Shown here: piece after piece, positions 24,326 to 37,200 of the stretch | Numbering within the stretch: the stretch's first letter is position 1 | How the letters are laid out: each line of letters begins with the position of its first letter | Source of the DNA: Cyanophora paradoxa CCMP329 | Lineage: Eukaryota; Plantae; Glaucophyta | NCBI GenBank assembly: GCA_004431415.1 | Contig: QPMI01000106.1 | Coordinates: 62,001 to 126,000 of the forward strand | Direction: 5' to 3' | DNA: 64,000 nt | The notes under the pieces: generated by a model | The model's input: only the letters and a program-made list of their open reading frames with translations | Told to the model about the DNA's origin: nothing | The model's database searches: none | Program-made: the position numbers and the translations under genes

Positions 24326-27174
24326 ATGGCATCGCTCGGCTTGAGTGCGCGGGCGCGAGCTCGGGTGGAGCCAGCGGATCCGCCCCCACAGATCGTGACC
24401 ACGCTGCCGCTCGAGGATGAGGAGCTCTCGTCGCTGCCTCCGCGCGCGCAGTCCCCTCCGGATCCGCACGCCGAGGATCCGGAGGCCACGGCCGCGCCCG
24501 GCTTCAGCGCCCGCGGCGGCAGCGCTCTTGACCTCAAATGGGCCGCGCCGCCCATGGCCAGCGCCTACACGTTCATGACGAGTGGAAGATTCCCGGCTCT
24601 CGCGGCCGGCGCGCCGCGGGCGCCGTCCGCCGTGGGCCGAGCGGACCTGGGTTATTCGGCTGTTGAACTGCGTGAGCTGCTCTCGGCGCCGCACCTCTCG
24701 CCACAGGAATCAGATCTGAGTCTTCTCGAGAACAAGTGGTGCGCGCGCGACCGCGGGCACACCGGTACTCGCTGCGCCGCTCACCTTCCGTTCTCAAATT
24801 CGCAGGTTCATCGCGCTGCTGAAGGCATGCTTTTTCCGCGTACCCCTAACTTCTCCCCCTCACGTGCACATTGTCCAGGTCGTCGGGTACTATCCCCCCT
24901 TCCAGAGCCGCGCCCTGAGCACCCTGCACCTCTGCTGTACCCTCCTCGCCGCCCTCTTCGCCCCTACCCCCTGGATCGTCGTGTACGCGGAGCTGAGTGA
25001 GCCCATGTACCCCCTCCACGCGCCTCCGCGTACCCCTCTGACTTTGCGACCAGCTTCGGACCTGCCGTACCACCTCCCCGCCGCGGCCCTCGGGTACGCA
25101 GAATCAAATCGATCTCTTCCCAGTCTCCTGCGATCCGCCCCATTGCCTTATTATTCCTCCGATGCGTGCACAGCTTCGCGGTCTTGGAGTTGGCCTATCT
25201 TTTCGGGCTCCAGTATTTCCGCCGATCCCGCCACGGCTGGCACGTCACGCCCCTCGCCTCCCGCATGCTCAAGTGCCGCCCTTCCCCCCCCCTCCTCCTC
25301 CCCCCCCCACAATTTGATCTTCGTTCGCAGGGAGCCGCGCCGGCGAAGCTCCCAGGAGCTTCTCTCGCGCCTCGTCTACTCGGCCGCCTTCGTGGGCACC
25401 TTCGTACAGGGCGCCCTCGGTGACCCCGCCCCCCGCCGCCCCCGCCCTCAGATCCGAGATCAGATCAGATCTGAGCGAGGGGGCGCGTGCGCAGCCGCCT
25501 GGTGGCTCTGGGGCAAGAGGGAGTGCGCGCTTGAAATCGCCGTACCCCCGGACGGCTTGCCTCTGAGCCGCGCGCGGCCCGCAGCTTTCTCTGGCGCTGG
25601 CCGCTCCTCGCGGCGACCTCCTTCTGCGCCTTCGTGCGCGTACCCCCTCCCCCTCCCTTCCCCCAGGCGCTTCTTTTCCGACCGAGCAACTCCGGGACAG
25701 GTCATCCCGAACATCGGAGCGGTGCCCTTCCCCGCATGCGCAGGAGTCTTCTCTTTTCGGCCCGTTTCGATTTGTTTTATCACAACGCCGCCCCAGATGA
25801 TCACCGTGGGAACTTTTCTCTACCAGACTCAGCTCTTCGTCTGGTGCCCGCGCGCGCCCTGCATCCCCGTACCCCCCCCCCGTCGAAGTCACGGAGTACC
25901 CCCCCAGGTGCTTCGACGAGGCGGCGGACGACGTGAGGAACGAGGACGGCTCGGGGTCCATCGTGCGGGCCGTCCACAGGCACGCCGTACCCCCCCCCCC
26001 GCTCCCGCCCCCCGCCCCCGCCCGTCCCGGGGTACCCTCCCGATCCACGCTTACTACGTACCCCACTTCGCTCTTTCAGGTACCCCGCCATCGCGGAGCT
26101 CGTCGAGTCGGCCGAGACGGCGTGGGCGCCCCTCGCCGTACCCCTGGGGGTAGTTGCCTTTCTTCGGCCGTACCCTACTCGTTCTGAAGATCCCGTACCC
26201 CGACAGGCCCTCGCCGCGCTGGCTTTCGCCTACATGGGATTCGTCTTCACGTGTGCGTGGCTTCTCCTCGTCCCCCGCCGGGGGCTCGACTCTGGCCGCC
26301 GACCCTTTCGCCGCAGCCGCGACGGGCCTCTCAATCGTCGGGGCCGTCACTATGGCCGCCTGCTCGGTGCGAAAATCAGTACCCCGGCTTCTATTTTTAG
26401 AGCGACGAGAGTCCCTCAGGCGGCGTTCCTCGTGGCCGCTGCGCGCGTGACTGCGGCGGCGGTTCGCGTGCGCGAGGCGGCGGGGTACTTCATCCTGCCC
26501 GGCGGTACGCGCTCTACCCCCCCCCCTTCCCCCCCCCTCTCTTATAATTATAATTATCCCGCGCAGGGGGCGCGGAGGCCGCGCGCTCGGGCTCCTCGGC
26601 GGACGAGGCGGCCGCTCGGTTCCTGCGCTACTTTTCCTCCCGCGACCAGGCCCGCCCTCCGCGTACCCCCCCCTCCCCCTTCTTTCCTTCCCCACCCCCC
26701 CTCTAGGGCCGAAACCTCTTCTGTTATGTTACCTCTCCATCTAGACCCGGGCGCGCCCCGCCTTTTCTTCCGTTCCCCCCCCCCCCCCCCCCACCCCACC
26801 CCCCACCCCTCCCCACCCCCCTCCCCCTCTCTAGGGCCGAGAATTGCCCTTATTGTTATCTCCCGCGAGATAATAGATCCCCGGCCCTTCTTCGGAATCT
26901 ACATCTATAGCTAGATCTTTCGCCCCGCCCCTAAAGCTTCCACGAAGGCTGAGACGCCTACCCGCACCCTTTCTTCTACACCTAGATCCTCTTTTCCTCT
27001 ACAACTAGATTCTCCAGGCCTATATACAGGGCCAGGACTTACATATAAGTTATCATGCAGGGCTTCCGGATGCTGGGCGTCCTGGTCTCGAAGTCGCTGC
27101 TCGTGCGGGCCTTCTACCTCGCCCTCTCCCTTGTCGGCCTCCTCCTCCGCCTCTCCCTCGACCGCCGCGGCTGA
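24326..27174 (+). CDS. DUF3537 / gustatory-receptor-like (7TM ion channel superfamily) membrane protein
   Basis: Multiple hydrophobic exons. The C-terminal region AAFLVAAARVTAAAVRVR ... RFLRYFSSRDQ|GFRMLGVLVSKSLLVRAFYLALSLVGLLLR resembles the plant DUF3537 C-terminus (AAKITH..; YL....GITV.GF.LDR..L) as I recall it. Confidence 0.6.
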
Positions 27175-28469
27175 CGGGCCGCGGCTGACGGGCCGCGGCC
27201 GACCCGGTCACCGGCCTGCCTCATCATCACTAAGTTATATCTTTATTCAAATCTGCATACACGTACCTACCTCTAGCTCGCCCTCTCCCTCGTTTTCTCC
27301 CTCGTTGGCCTCGTCCTCGATCCGCGGATCCCGGATGACCGTGGGACGGGCCAGGGCCGGGCCGGGACCCCCAGTCTGCACCCCGACCCCGACCTGCGCT
27401 ACTAAGCTTTTAAGTTATATCTGTATGCGTATGCGTATTCTGTGTTATGTCTCTCTGTACTATGCCATGGTGTAATATCTCTAGATCTGTATTACATTAC
27501 AATCGCAGGGCGGCCTGCTATATATAGCTATTTTACTAGATTAATAGCCCCGTGCGCTGGATTTCTGTATGTACATGTCATAGTATAGCTAGTTCAATTG
27601 TAACTTCAACGGTTAATATATATAAACCCTCGAGCTCACCCGTATACGTCACGGCGTACCGCTCTTTCCGCGGCCGCCCCGGGCCCTCTGGAGGCTTAGG
27701 CTTCCTCTCCTCTGCCCATGCCATTCCTCCCCGGTCCCCGGCCGCGCCACGGGCCCTTGCAATCGCTCTTCTTGAATCGCTCTCTTCAAGGCTTCGCCAC
27801 GGGCCCTTGCAATGGAATTGTCATGATCACGGATTACTTAGTATACGTATAAGAAATAAAGACCCCGGGCCCGGCCCTGCCCATGGCCATGGCCATGCCA
27901 TGATCACTAGTACTCGGTGACTTAGCTTGCAGATCATCGGATCATCTAGATCTAGATCGATATCTGCCCATGCCATCCCGAAGTTCCTCCCCTCGCGAGC
28001 CCTTGCATTTGCTTCTTCTGAAACTTTTTGAAAGAAAACGCGCAGCTCGGATCGCGAATCCGAAAATATATGATTGCATTCCTTTCTTAAAAGCTTTACA
28101 GCTCGGACGGCGCTACGAATACGCGAATACAGGTACCGATTGAAAGCGGACGTACATGCTCTGCGGCTGCCGCTATAGAGTGCGGAGGGAAGTTTGTTGA
28201 CGGAATAGAGCTAAGCGATGCCTGAACACTGACGAAATAGAGCGCTGCGTGAATAGACGAAGTTGCTTAAAGCTTTAACCTTTAATTTACACGATAATTT
28301 AGCGTCCTGATGGGACGGAGGGAAGGGCTTCGTGTCGCCCATAGATACAAACGCGTACAGAGAAGCCGAAAAGCCGAAAATGCCTCGGGAAAAAAATCCG
28401 GGTCGCGCCCCAGCGCGGGAGCTAGGCGGTGCACACTGCCGAAAAAGGGCTCAAAAACGAAAAAAATGA

Positions 28470-30928
28470 TCACGGGTCGTCCCACGGGTCGCGCGGGGCC
28501 GCGGGCTCTGCCGGGGGCGGCGGCTCCGGGGCGGCGGCGGCGGCCGGCTCCCCGTTCCCTGAGAAGGAGGCCGCCGCCGCAACTCGCTGTTCATCCTCTG
28601 ACTGCGCCGGCGCCGGCGCCGGCGCCTCCGCCGCTTCCGCCGCCGGGGCTGCGTCTCCTGCGGCCGGCTGCTCCACCAACACCTCCTCCTCCTCCTCCCC
28701 CTGCAAGGCGGGTACCCCCGCCGCCACCTCGCCCCCCCCGGCCCCGGGCCCGGGCCCGGCCCCCGCCTCCTCCGATTCATGCGACTCGCCGTCCGGCTCC
28801 AGATCCTCCGGGCCGTACCCCGGCGGCGGGCCCAGCGGCGAGCCGTCGTCGGCGTAGCCCTCCTCGTCCTCCTCCCCATCCTCCTCCGCGTCCTCGTCCC
28901 CCTCCTCGAGAGGCTCCTGTACCCCCAGGGCGGGGACGCCCTCGCCGGGGGGTAGGATGAGGCCGCGGCCGACCATCGCGGGGCTCTCCGTGCCGCGGGC
29001 CGGCGGCGGACGCGCGAAGGAGGGGGTACCCTCCCTCGAGGAGCGTTCCTCCTCGGACCCTTCCACGATGGTCGTTAGCTTGCCGGCGTTGGCGCCGGCG
29101 CCGGCGCCGGCGACGGCGGCCGCCGCGGCCGCCGCCGCGGAGCGAGAGCGTCCGCGACGCCGCATGCGGCCGCCGCGGATGGGCGGGGCGCCCGGGGGCG
29201 GGCGCGGCTGCCCCGGCTCCGAGGACGAGGACGGCGGGCGGGGGCGGACGGGGCGGCGGGCGGGGAGGCGTGCGGGGGCCGCGGCGCGGAGGAGGACGAG
29301 GGCGCGGACGAAGAGGGAGAAGAAGAAGAAGAAGAGGAGAGGTCGCCGAGGCTGTGCATGGCCAGGAACGCGGCGTACGAGAGCGGCGCCCGCGCCGCCG
29401 CGGCGGCCGCGACCGAGGGCGGAAGGGCGGGGGCCGCCCCGGGGACGGGCGCGGCGAGCAAAGCGGCGTCCCGCTCGGCGAGGGAGGCCCGCAGGAGGCG
29501 CCGGGGCGTGGGACCGGACCCGGAGGTCGGGAGGGGCGGGTGCGGCGGGCTCCTGCTCGGGCTCGGGCCGGTGCCCGAGCCGACGGCGGCCGGTGGCGCC
29601 GGCCGCGACGGGCGGCGCGCCCGCGCCAGCGCCTCGGGGTCGAAGGGGGTACCGGCGTGGCTCGGGTCCGTCGGGTTCGTCAGCACCCGGTACACCATGT
29701 CGAGCAGCGAGTCTGGAGGGGGCGAAGAAGTCAGGGAGGTACGCGGTGCAAAGAGAAGTGGTAGCAGGACGGGGTACGTGCACTACGCACCGCACTTCTC
29801 GACGTAATCGGGGTTCTGGGCGATAGAGGAGCCGGGCCGGGGGGCGGCGCCGGCGTTGACGCCGCCGCCGCCGCTGCCGCCGCTCTCACTGCTGCCGCTG
29901 CTGCCGCTGGCGCTCCGCGGGACCGCCAGCAGCCGCCGGGGCACGCGCCGCGGCCGCTGCGGCTGCGGCGCCGCCTCCTCTGAGGCCGGCGCCGACGACG
30001 CGGATGCCTCCGGCGCCTCCGCGCCCGCCCCGGCGGAGCGGTCCGCTGGCTTCGACGCGGCGACGGCGGCGGCGGCGGCGGCGGCGGCCGAGGAGGAGGA
30101 GTCGGTGGCGGAGCCATCGGCCTCGTCCGGCTGGTACCGCACGCTTCCTCCAAGCGCCTCCGAGACGGTCACGTGCTCCGAGCCGCGCGAGTCGTCCGAA
30201 GAGCTCGGGCGCGCCGCACGTCGCTCCGCCTTGCGCGCCGCCCGCGCCGCCGCCCGCGCCGCCGCTTTCTCGTCCTTCCGCGACACGGCTTTCACTGTGA
30301 TCTGCGCCCGCACGTGAGCCGCGCGCAAGCAAGCAAGCAAGCAAGCAGACAGCTTTAAGCACTGAGCCGCGCGCCCGCACCGGCGGGTCGTCGATGCGCT
30401 CGAGGCGAAAGGACGGCCGCGGCATGGGCGGCTCGGCCTGCCCGCGGTCCTCCCCTTCGCCCCGCTCCGCCTCCGAATCGCTTTCCTCGTCCTCTCCGTC
30501 TCGCCTCGTGCAGTACCAGACCGCCCCCGCGAGAAGGATGAAGGAAATGTTCATCGCAATGCCGCTGGCGGCCGACGACGGCTTCGGGAGGCCAGGGATC
30601 GAGCCCCACGCCCGGAGGATCGCCGCCTGGATCGTGCTGAATGCTGCGCGGGCGATCGATCGGCCGAGGGTCCCGCGTAAGCGCGTACGCCACTCACTCT
30701 TGACCCAGAGCTGCACAGGCGAGACCATGGCGTAGTGCGAAATGAACAGGTAAGATGCGCCGAGAACAACGAGAAACACTAACGCGAGGAGCGTCAGCTG
30801 GCCGGCCGCTCAACCGGCAAGCGGCTCAGGTAGGATAACGGACCGACGTCGCCGAGGCGTCGTCGCCGCCGTCTTCTCTTCGCCGGCGCCGCCGGGGTGC
30901 TTTGGGCATCGGCCCCGGCGGCCTCCAT
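28470..30928 (-). CDS. Hypothetical protein with N-terminal hydrophobic segments and a long acidic/Ala-Pro low-complexity tail
   Basis: Exons FLVVLGASYLFISHY..MNISFILLAGAVWY, ITVKAVSRKDEK, LLDMVYRVLTNP and KLTTIVEGSEEE..PWDDP*, with introns between them. Confidence 0.55.
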
Positions 30929-31283
30929 TTCGCAAGCTGGTAGATGCGGGCCGGCCCGGGTACAGGTGCTTAGACCTGTTGCGCGGCCAGACGTCGACTT
31001 GGCGAGAGAGAGCGCTGAGCTCGAGAGAGGCTGAGCGTTCTAGAGCGGCGCGCGTGCATCGCGGCCGTCCGAACTGTCGAGCGCGACCGGAAAGGGCCGT
31101 GCGGCAGCCCGGAGAGCGATACCACTGCACTCGACTCGATTGCGCTCCGTGAAAGACGTCCGTCGCGAGCGAGAGGTGCCAGGCGGTCTGCCAATTTGCG
31201 AATGCGGTCCGTTTGCGCTAGCTCAGCTGGACGCACCGCAGCCAGGGAAGGACAAGCATTTCGTCGAATAGCGGATATGATCG

Positions 31284-34200
31284 ATGTCCAGGCGGCAGGA
31301 GGTCGAGGAAGCTTTTGAAACGTGCATCAGGCTCATCGACCACCCGCCCGCCGAATACAGGTGCTCCGCGTCGTCGTTGGACGCGCTGCGAACGAGATCC
31401 GATCACTCTCTCTGCCAGGATCGTCAAGCAGGCCATCATGGGCCTCACGCACATCGTGACCGTCGACGACGACCTGCGCGCCCGCGGCATCCTGAAGATC
31501 ATGCAGCTCGTGCAGGCCGATCCCGCCACCTACAGGCGAGTCCCCCGGCCCCGCCGCTCTTCGCCGCGCCGGGGGCGAGCGCTTGCGCCACGCGCAGGTC
31601 CAACCCGCGGCGCTTTGCGGTGCGGAGCCTCGGCTGGCTGACGTACTTCGACGAGTCGATGGTCGTTCCGGCCGTGCAGCTGCTCGTCGACGTGCGCGCC
31701 CGCGCCCGCGCCCCGCCGCCGCCGCCGCGATTTGATCCGCCGCCGCAGAAAATGAGCCGCGAGCACGAGCCGAGCCAGTACGTGCGGAAGGGAGTTTTCT
31801 GCGCGCTGAGCCGCATCGGTGCGCTGCGTCCGGAGGTCCCGCCGCCGTCTTTGAGCGTGCATGGCAGGGCGCAAGTACCCGAACCTGCAGGAGTACCTTG
31901 TGCCGCTCTTCAAGCAGCGTTGGCAGGACCCGAAGGAGAAGTCCAGCATCCTCTGGGGCGTCCTCATCGGCCTCGGTCGCATGGCCCAGACCAACGCACG
32001 CCTCCGCTGCGAGTTCGCGAAGGACTGGATCAAGGCGCCCCCGGCCCCGCCTCCCCCGCCCCTCGCCCTGAGCGGCCCCCGCAGGCGTGCCGCAGCAGGG
32101 ACTTCCACATCCGGCAGGCCGGCATCCGTGGCCTCGGGTTCGCGGTCTGCAACGCCGGCAGTGCGCCCCGCCCCGCCCCGTACCCCCGAACAGCCGCCGC
32201 CCGCCCCGCTGAGCCGCCGCCGGCAGACGTGAAGAGCGACCCCGCGCTGGCGATCAAGTGCTACCTGCTCTGCCGCGAGCTCCTCCGCACAGGCGGCATG
32301 CCCGAGCTCATCGAGGAGTGGGACGGCTCCGCCGATAAGTGCGCCCGTACCCCCCGCGGCTGCTACCCTCCCTTCTGAGCGCCGGCTCCTGCCGCAGGGA
32401 CCCCTTCAAGCGCGAGGAGGTCTACATGGTCCAGGTCCGCGCGCCTCGTACTCCCCCACTGGCGGACACTCTCCTGTACCCCCCCCCGACGCCCTCCGCA
32501 GTACGGGGCCTTGCAAGCGCTGGGCCACCTCCTGCGCTCCGACCCCGGTACCCCCGGCCCCGTCACGCGAATCGCGTACCCCCCGCCCGAACCTTTTCTG
32601 CTGCAGACGAATGGTGGCCGCGCATGTCGGAGGTCTTCGCCGAGGTGCCGCGTACCCCGTCCCAAGCCTTACGCCCCGAACAAACGCCGTACCCCCCGCA
32701 GGTCCTCCAGAATGCACGCTACGCCGCGATGGTCAAGGCTCGCACTTCCACCCCCACCCCACCCCTCCCCTGTACCCCGTCTGAGAGGGGCGGGCGCAGG
32801 CGAGCGCGCTGCTGACCTTCGGCAAACTGGCTTACTTCATCGCGGCGGACAACCCCTTCCTCGCGCCCATCAAGGCGCGTCTTATACGTCCTCTAACTAA
32901 GATGACGAGTAGAGACTTTACAGCATCTAACGACGCGCGCCGCCGCAGGAGCTGCTCTACAAGCTGTCGGAGATGGAGAACATCCTCGTGAGCGAGCCGG
33001 CGATCTACGCCCTGACCAACTTCGCCCTCGCCCACCCCGACATGGTTCGAACGCGTACCCCCCATGCTCGTTCGTGCGCGTACCCCCCTCCCTCCTCACG
33101 GTGCCGCAGTACCCCCGGCTGCGGACGCTGCTGGAGGGGAAGATCGGGGGCAGCTCGGTGGGGCGCGCCTCCGAGCACGCCCTCCTGTACTTTCTCAAGG
33201 TCCGCCCGCCCGCCCGCCCGTCCGCCCGCCCCCGGCCCGGGCCGGCGGTCCGTGGGCCTCATTCCCGGGGACGCCGGCGCGCCCCGCCCCTCCAGACCTG
33301 GTGCAAGCTAGTCAGCCGGGTGCGCCTACCGGTGGCCTTTGTGCGACGGGCGCGCCTTCTGACGGCGCGCGCCGCCCTAAGGAGTACCGCCCGATCCTGA
33401 ACCAGTGCGCGGACGTAACGGCGCGCCACACGGCCGACACCGTCGCCGCCGCCGACATCGGGGTACGCCACATGTACACCGCGTGGCTTAAGAAGCCTTC
33501 CTTCCTTCCTTTCTCTCCCCAGCAGCCCAGCAGCCTGCCTGCCTGCCAGTACGCCACACCGCGCCCCGCTTCACAGCTGCGGCCCGAGGACTGCCTTAGG
33601 GTCTCCTTCCTGCCTTCCTGCCTTCACAACAAGCCTGCCTTCCTTCCTGCCTTAGGGTCTCCTTCCTGCCCAACAGCCTGCCTGCCTTCCTGCCTTCCTT
33701 CCTTCCTCTCCGCCCCTTGTAACGAGCTTCCCGCCTTCCGCCCCGCAGCTGCGGCCCGAGGACGCGGTGATCGCCCTCTCGGCCGTGGGACCCGAGCTCC
33801 TCGACGCCCGCTTCGCCTCGGGGCGCGTACCCCCCTCCCTCTTCTCCTCCGGTTCTGAGGGCGGAGGGCGGCTCGCCTGAGCAGGCACGAGGCGGGGGAC
33901 GGGGAGGAGGCGGAGGCGGACGCCTTCGGCGGGGCCGGGGCCGCCGCCGACGTCGTGCGCCGCCCCCGTACCCCCCCTTTTCCCCCCCCTCCTCCCCCCC
34001 CTCTCCCCTCCTCCCTCCCCTCTCCCCCCTCCCCTCCCCTCTCCCCCTCTCCCGCTCCCTGTCGAGATCTCTTCCCCCGCTAACCCCGCCCCGCCCCTCC
34101 TGCCTCCATCTAGCTTCCCCCCGCTCCCGTCCCATCGCCCATCCCGACCTCCTATCTCGGGACCTCTCCGCCTCCGCCCCTCTTCCGGGCCTCTGAGCCG

Positions 34201-37200
34201 CCGCCCCGCCCGGCAGAGCGTGGTGGAGATCGCGCACGACGACGGGGCGCTGCGGCGCCTCTGCGCCGGCTTCAGCCCCGCCCTCGTCGAGTCCGTGGTC
34301 CGCGCCCCCACCTTGCTAGATTAAAATAAGATGCTCAGCGCCGCCCCTGCTTCATTGTGCCCCCTGCGGCCTCGAAGCCTGCCAGAAGCGAGGGCCCCCC
34401 GCCCCGCCCCCCCCTCTCCTCCTCGATCGCTGACCGCCGGGTACAGTACTTCCTGATGACGAGCGGGGAGCTGCTCGAGAACGCCGCCTTCCTCGCCACC
34501 ACCCGCGCCCTCATCGAGGACTACCAGGTCCGCAATAAAAGCTTAAGAAAAGGATACTAAAAAAGGACTACTAATAGGGAGAAGAGGTAGTCCTTTGCTT
34601 GAGTCCTTAAGGTCTACTATAAAGAAGAGGGAGGGGCCACTAGGACTCCTAGGTCCGTCTGAGCGCGTCTGAGCGCTCTGGCGGGAGAGAGCGGAGGGGC
34701 CCGGCTGGGTCGAACTTGCGCGGCACATCGGGGACTCCGTTTGTCCTAGCTGGATCCAGGTCGACCCTTTGCGGCTCGCAGAAGATGCGCGCGGCGGGTA
34801 CGGCGCCGAAGCGGACGGCGGGCGACGAGGCGGAGCTCGACCGGCTCCATGCGCAGCTCGCCGCGCTGCCCCTACCCCTTCGGGTGTGCGAGGAAACGTT
34901 CCTCTGGGCTGTGAGGAAGCTTCCTTTGACGCTCGCTCGCGGGGCGCAGGAGAGCGCGGTGACGGTCCTGCGGTCGCCGCCCGTCCTCGGCAACGCGATG
35001 TGGCTCCGGTCCATGCGCTCTATGATACGGCGCCAGGTCCACAGAGTCTTTCTTGTACCCCGGGCTCGCTTTCTTCCCGTCTGTCTCATCTCTGATGTCG
35101 TTGCGCTCGAAGGAGGGCAAGCTGGCGCCGGCGGGCCGGCCGCGGCCGCGGGCCCGGGCGCGGCGGCGGGCGGCGGACGGGGAGGCGTACCGGGACTGGG
35201 ACGCGGGGGGCGAGGAGCGGCTGGACCTGGGGCGCCTCGGGCTGCCGGCGGAGGGCGAGGAAGGGGAGGTACCCCCGGGGCTCGAGCCCGGGGCTGGCGA
35301 GGAGGAGGAGGACGAGGGGTACTGGGACGAGGAGGAGGAGGAGGAGCACGATGACCGCGCCGGCGCCGCCATCCCTTTCAACTACGGCGCCGCCGGCGCC
35401 ATGGGCGGCGGGCGCGGCGGGCGCGGCCGCGGGCGCGGCAGGTATCGCCGCGACACGGGGGGTTACCACTCATCGTTCTACGAGGAGCGGCAGCGCGCCC
35501 GCGAGCGCGACCGGGACCGGGATCGCGAGCGGGAGGGGTACGGCCACCGCGGCGGCGACCGGGGCGGGTACCGTGGCGGCAGGGGCCGGCCGTACAACAG
35601 CAGCTACAACAACAGCGGCGGGGGGTACAGGGGCAACAACGGCTACGTGGACCGCGGTGCGCGTGTTCGGTTGCGCTCGATCGTGTTTCGCGCGCCTCAC
35701 GCACGCCCGGCCGCGCCAGGCGACTGGTACGACCCGGCAAAGGATAACCGGCGCGGCGGCCTCTTCGGACCGGCGCCGGGCCGGGGCCGCTCCCGGGCCC
35801 CTGCGAAGCGAGGCGTGGGGTTCGAGGGCGCTGCCGGCGGCTCGCGGCCGGCGGGGCGGGCGCCCGTGTTCGTGCCGCCCACGGAGGCGCGGGAGGCGTA
35901 CGAGGAGCTGCCCGAGGGCGGGCGGCGCCGCCCGTGGTGGGCCCGCGACCCCATCGGCCTGGCCATTGAGGCCCGGACGCCGGCGCCGGCCGGCGGGTGC
36001 GGCCTGCCCATGGACCGGGCGGCCCTGCCGGACTGGGCCGCTCCGCCCGCCCCGCCCGCCCCGCCCGCTTCGTCCGCCCAGGCGGCCTCGGCGCCGGCGC
36101 CGACCTCGGCCGCAGCGTCGTCGAAGGCAGGGCACGCTCACGCGGTGCCTGCGCCGTCTGCCTCGTCTTCCTCCTCGTCGTCGTCGGTCGCCTCGGCCTC
36201 GGCCTCGGCTTCGGCGGCGGCGGGGGCGGCGGGGCGGGAAGGCCCCGCGCTCTCCTCCTTCGTAAAGTCCTCCCTGGACTCGCGCCCGACGTGGCTCCGC
36301 AGCGCCGCCGCCGCCGTAACGTACCGCCCGCCAACGCGCCGGCCCCGGCCCCGGCCTCGGCCGAGCCGCCCCGTGGGCCCGCGCCGGCTTCGCGCGCTCC
36401 TGGGCCGGCCTCGGCGCCGCCCCGGCGCCGGCGCCGGCTCCGGAAGAAGCCGAGGGGGCGGAGGCGGGGCGGAGGCGGGGGCGGAGGCGCCGGCTCTGAA
36501 AGCTTCGGAGGCCGAACGTGAGGAGGAGGAGGGCCGGCGGGCGAGCCGGCGGGGCGGCGCGGGTCGGAGCTCGAAGCGCAAGTGGCTGCCATCGTCGCCG
36601 GCTTCCAAGCGGGAGACGCGGCGGGGGCGGAGGCGGAGGCGGGGGCCGAGGCGGAGGTGGAAGTGGGCGAGGCGGAGGACCGGGCGCGCCCCGCGGAGGA
36701 GCTGCCTCCGCCCACGGCCGCTGCATCGCCGCCGCCGCGGCCGCCGGTGGCTCGAGCGGCACCGGCACCGGCGCCGGCGCCGGCGCCGGTCCCGAAGCCC
36801 GCGGGCGCCTTTCTTCCCCCGTGGCTCCGCCGGGGCCCGGCGGAGCCCGCCAGCGCGCCCGGCGGCACGGCCGCCGCGGCGGCGACGGCGGCGCCGTCTG
36901 CGGTGGTGGCGGCGGCGCCGTCTGTGGTATCGGCGACGGCGCCGTCTACGCAGTCGGCGGCGGCGGCGGCGACGGGTTCGCTCAAGGAAGCCGATACGCA
37001 GCCGCAGCCGCAGCGCGAGGCGGGGACAGCAGGGCCGGAAGCGGCGCCGGCGGATGCCGCGGAGGCCGCGGAGGCGCCCCCCGGCTCTCTGGAGGAGGAG
37101 GAGAAGGAGGGGGCGGGGGCGCCCGGGGCGGGGGGAGGGGGGGGAGAAGGCGGGGACGGGGAGGAGGGCGAGCTGGAGGCGGACGAGTGGGACCTCGCCA

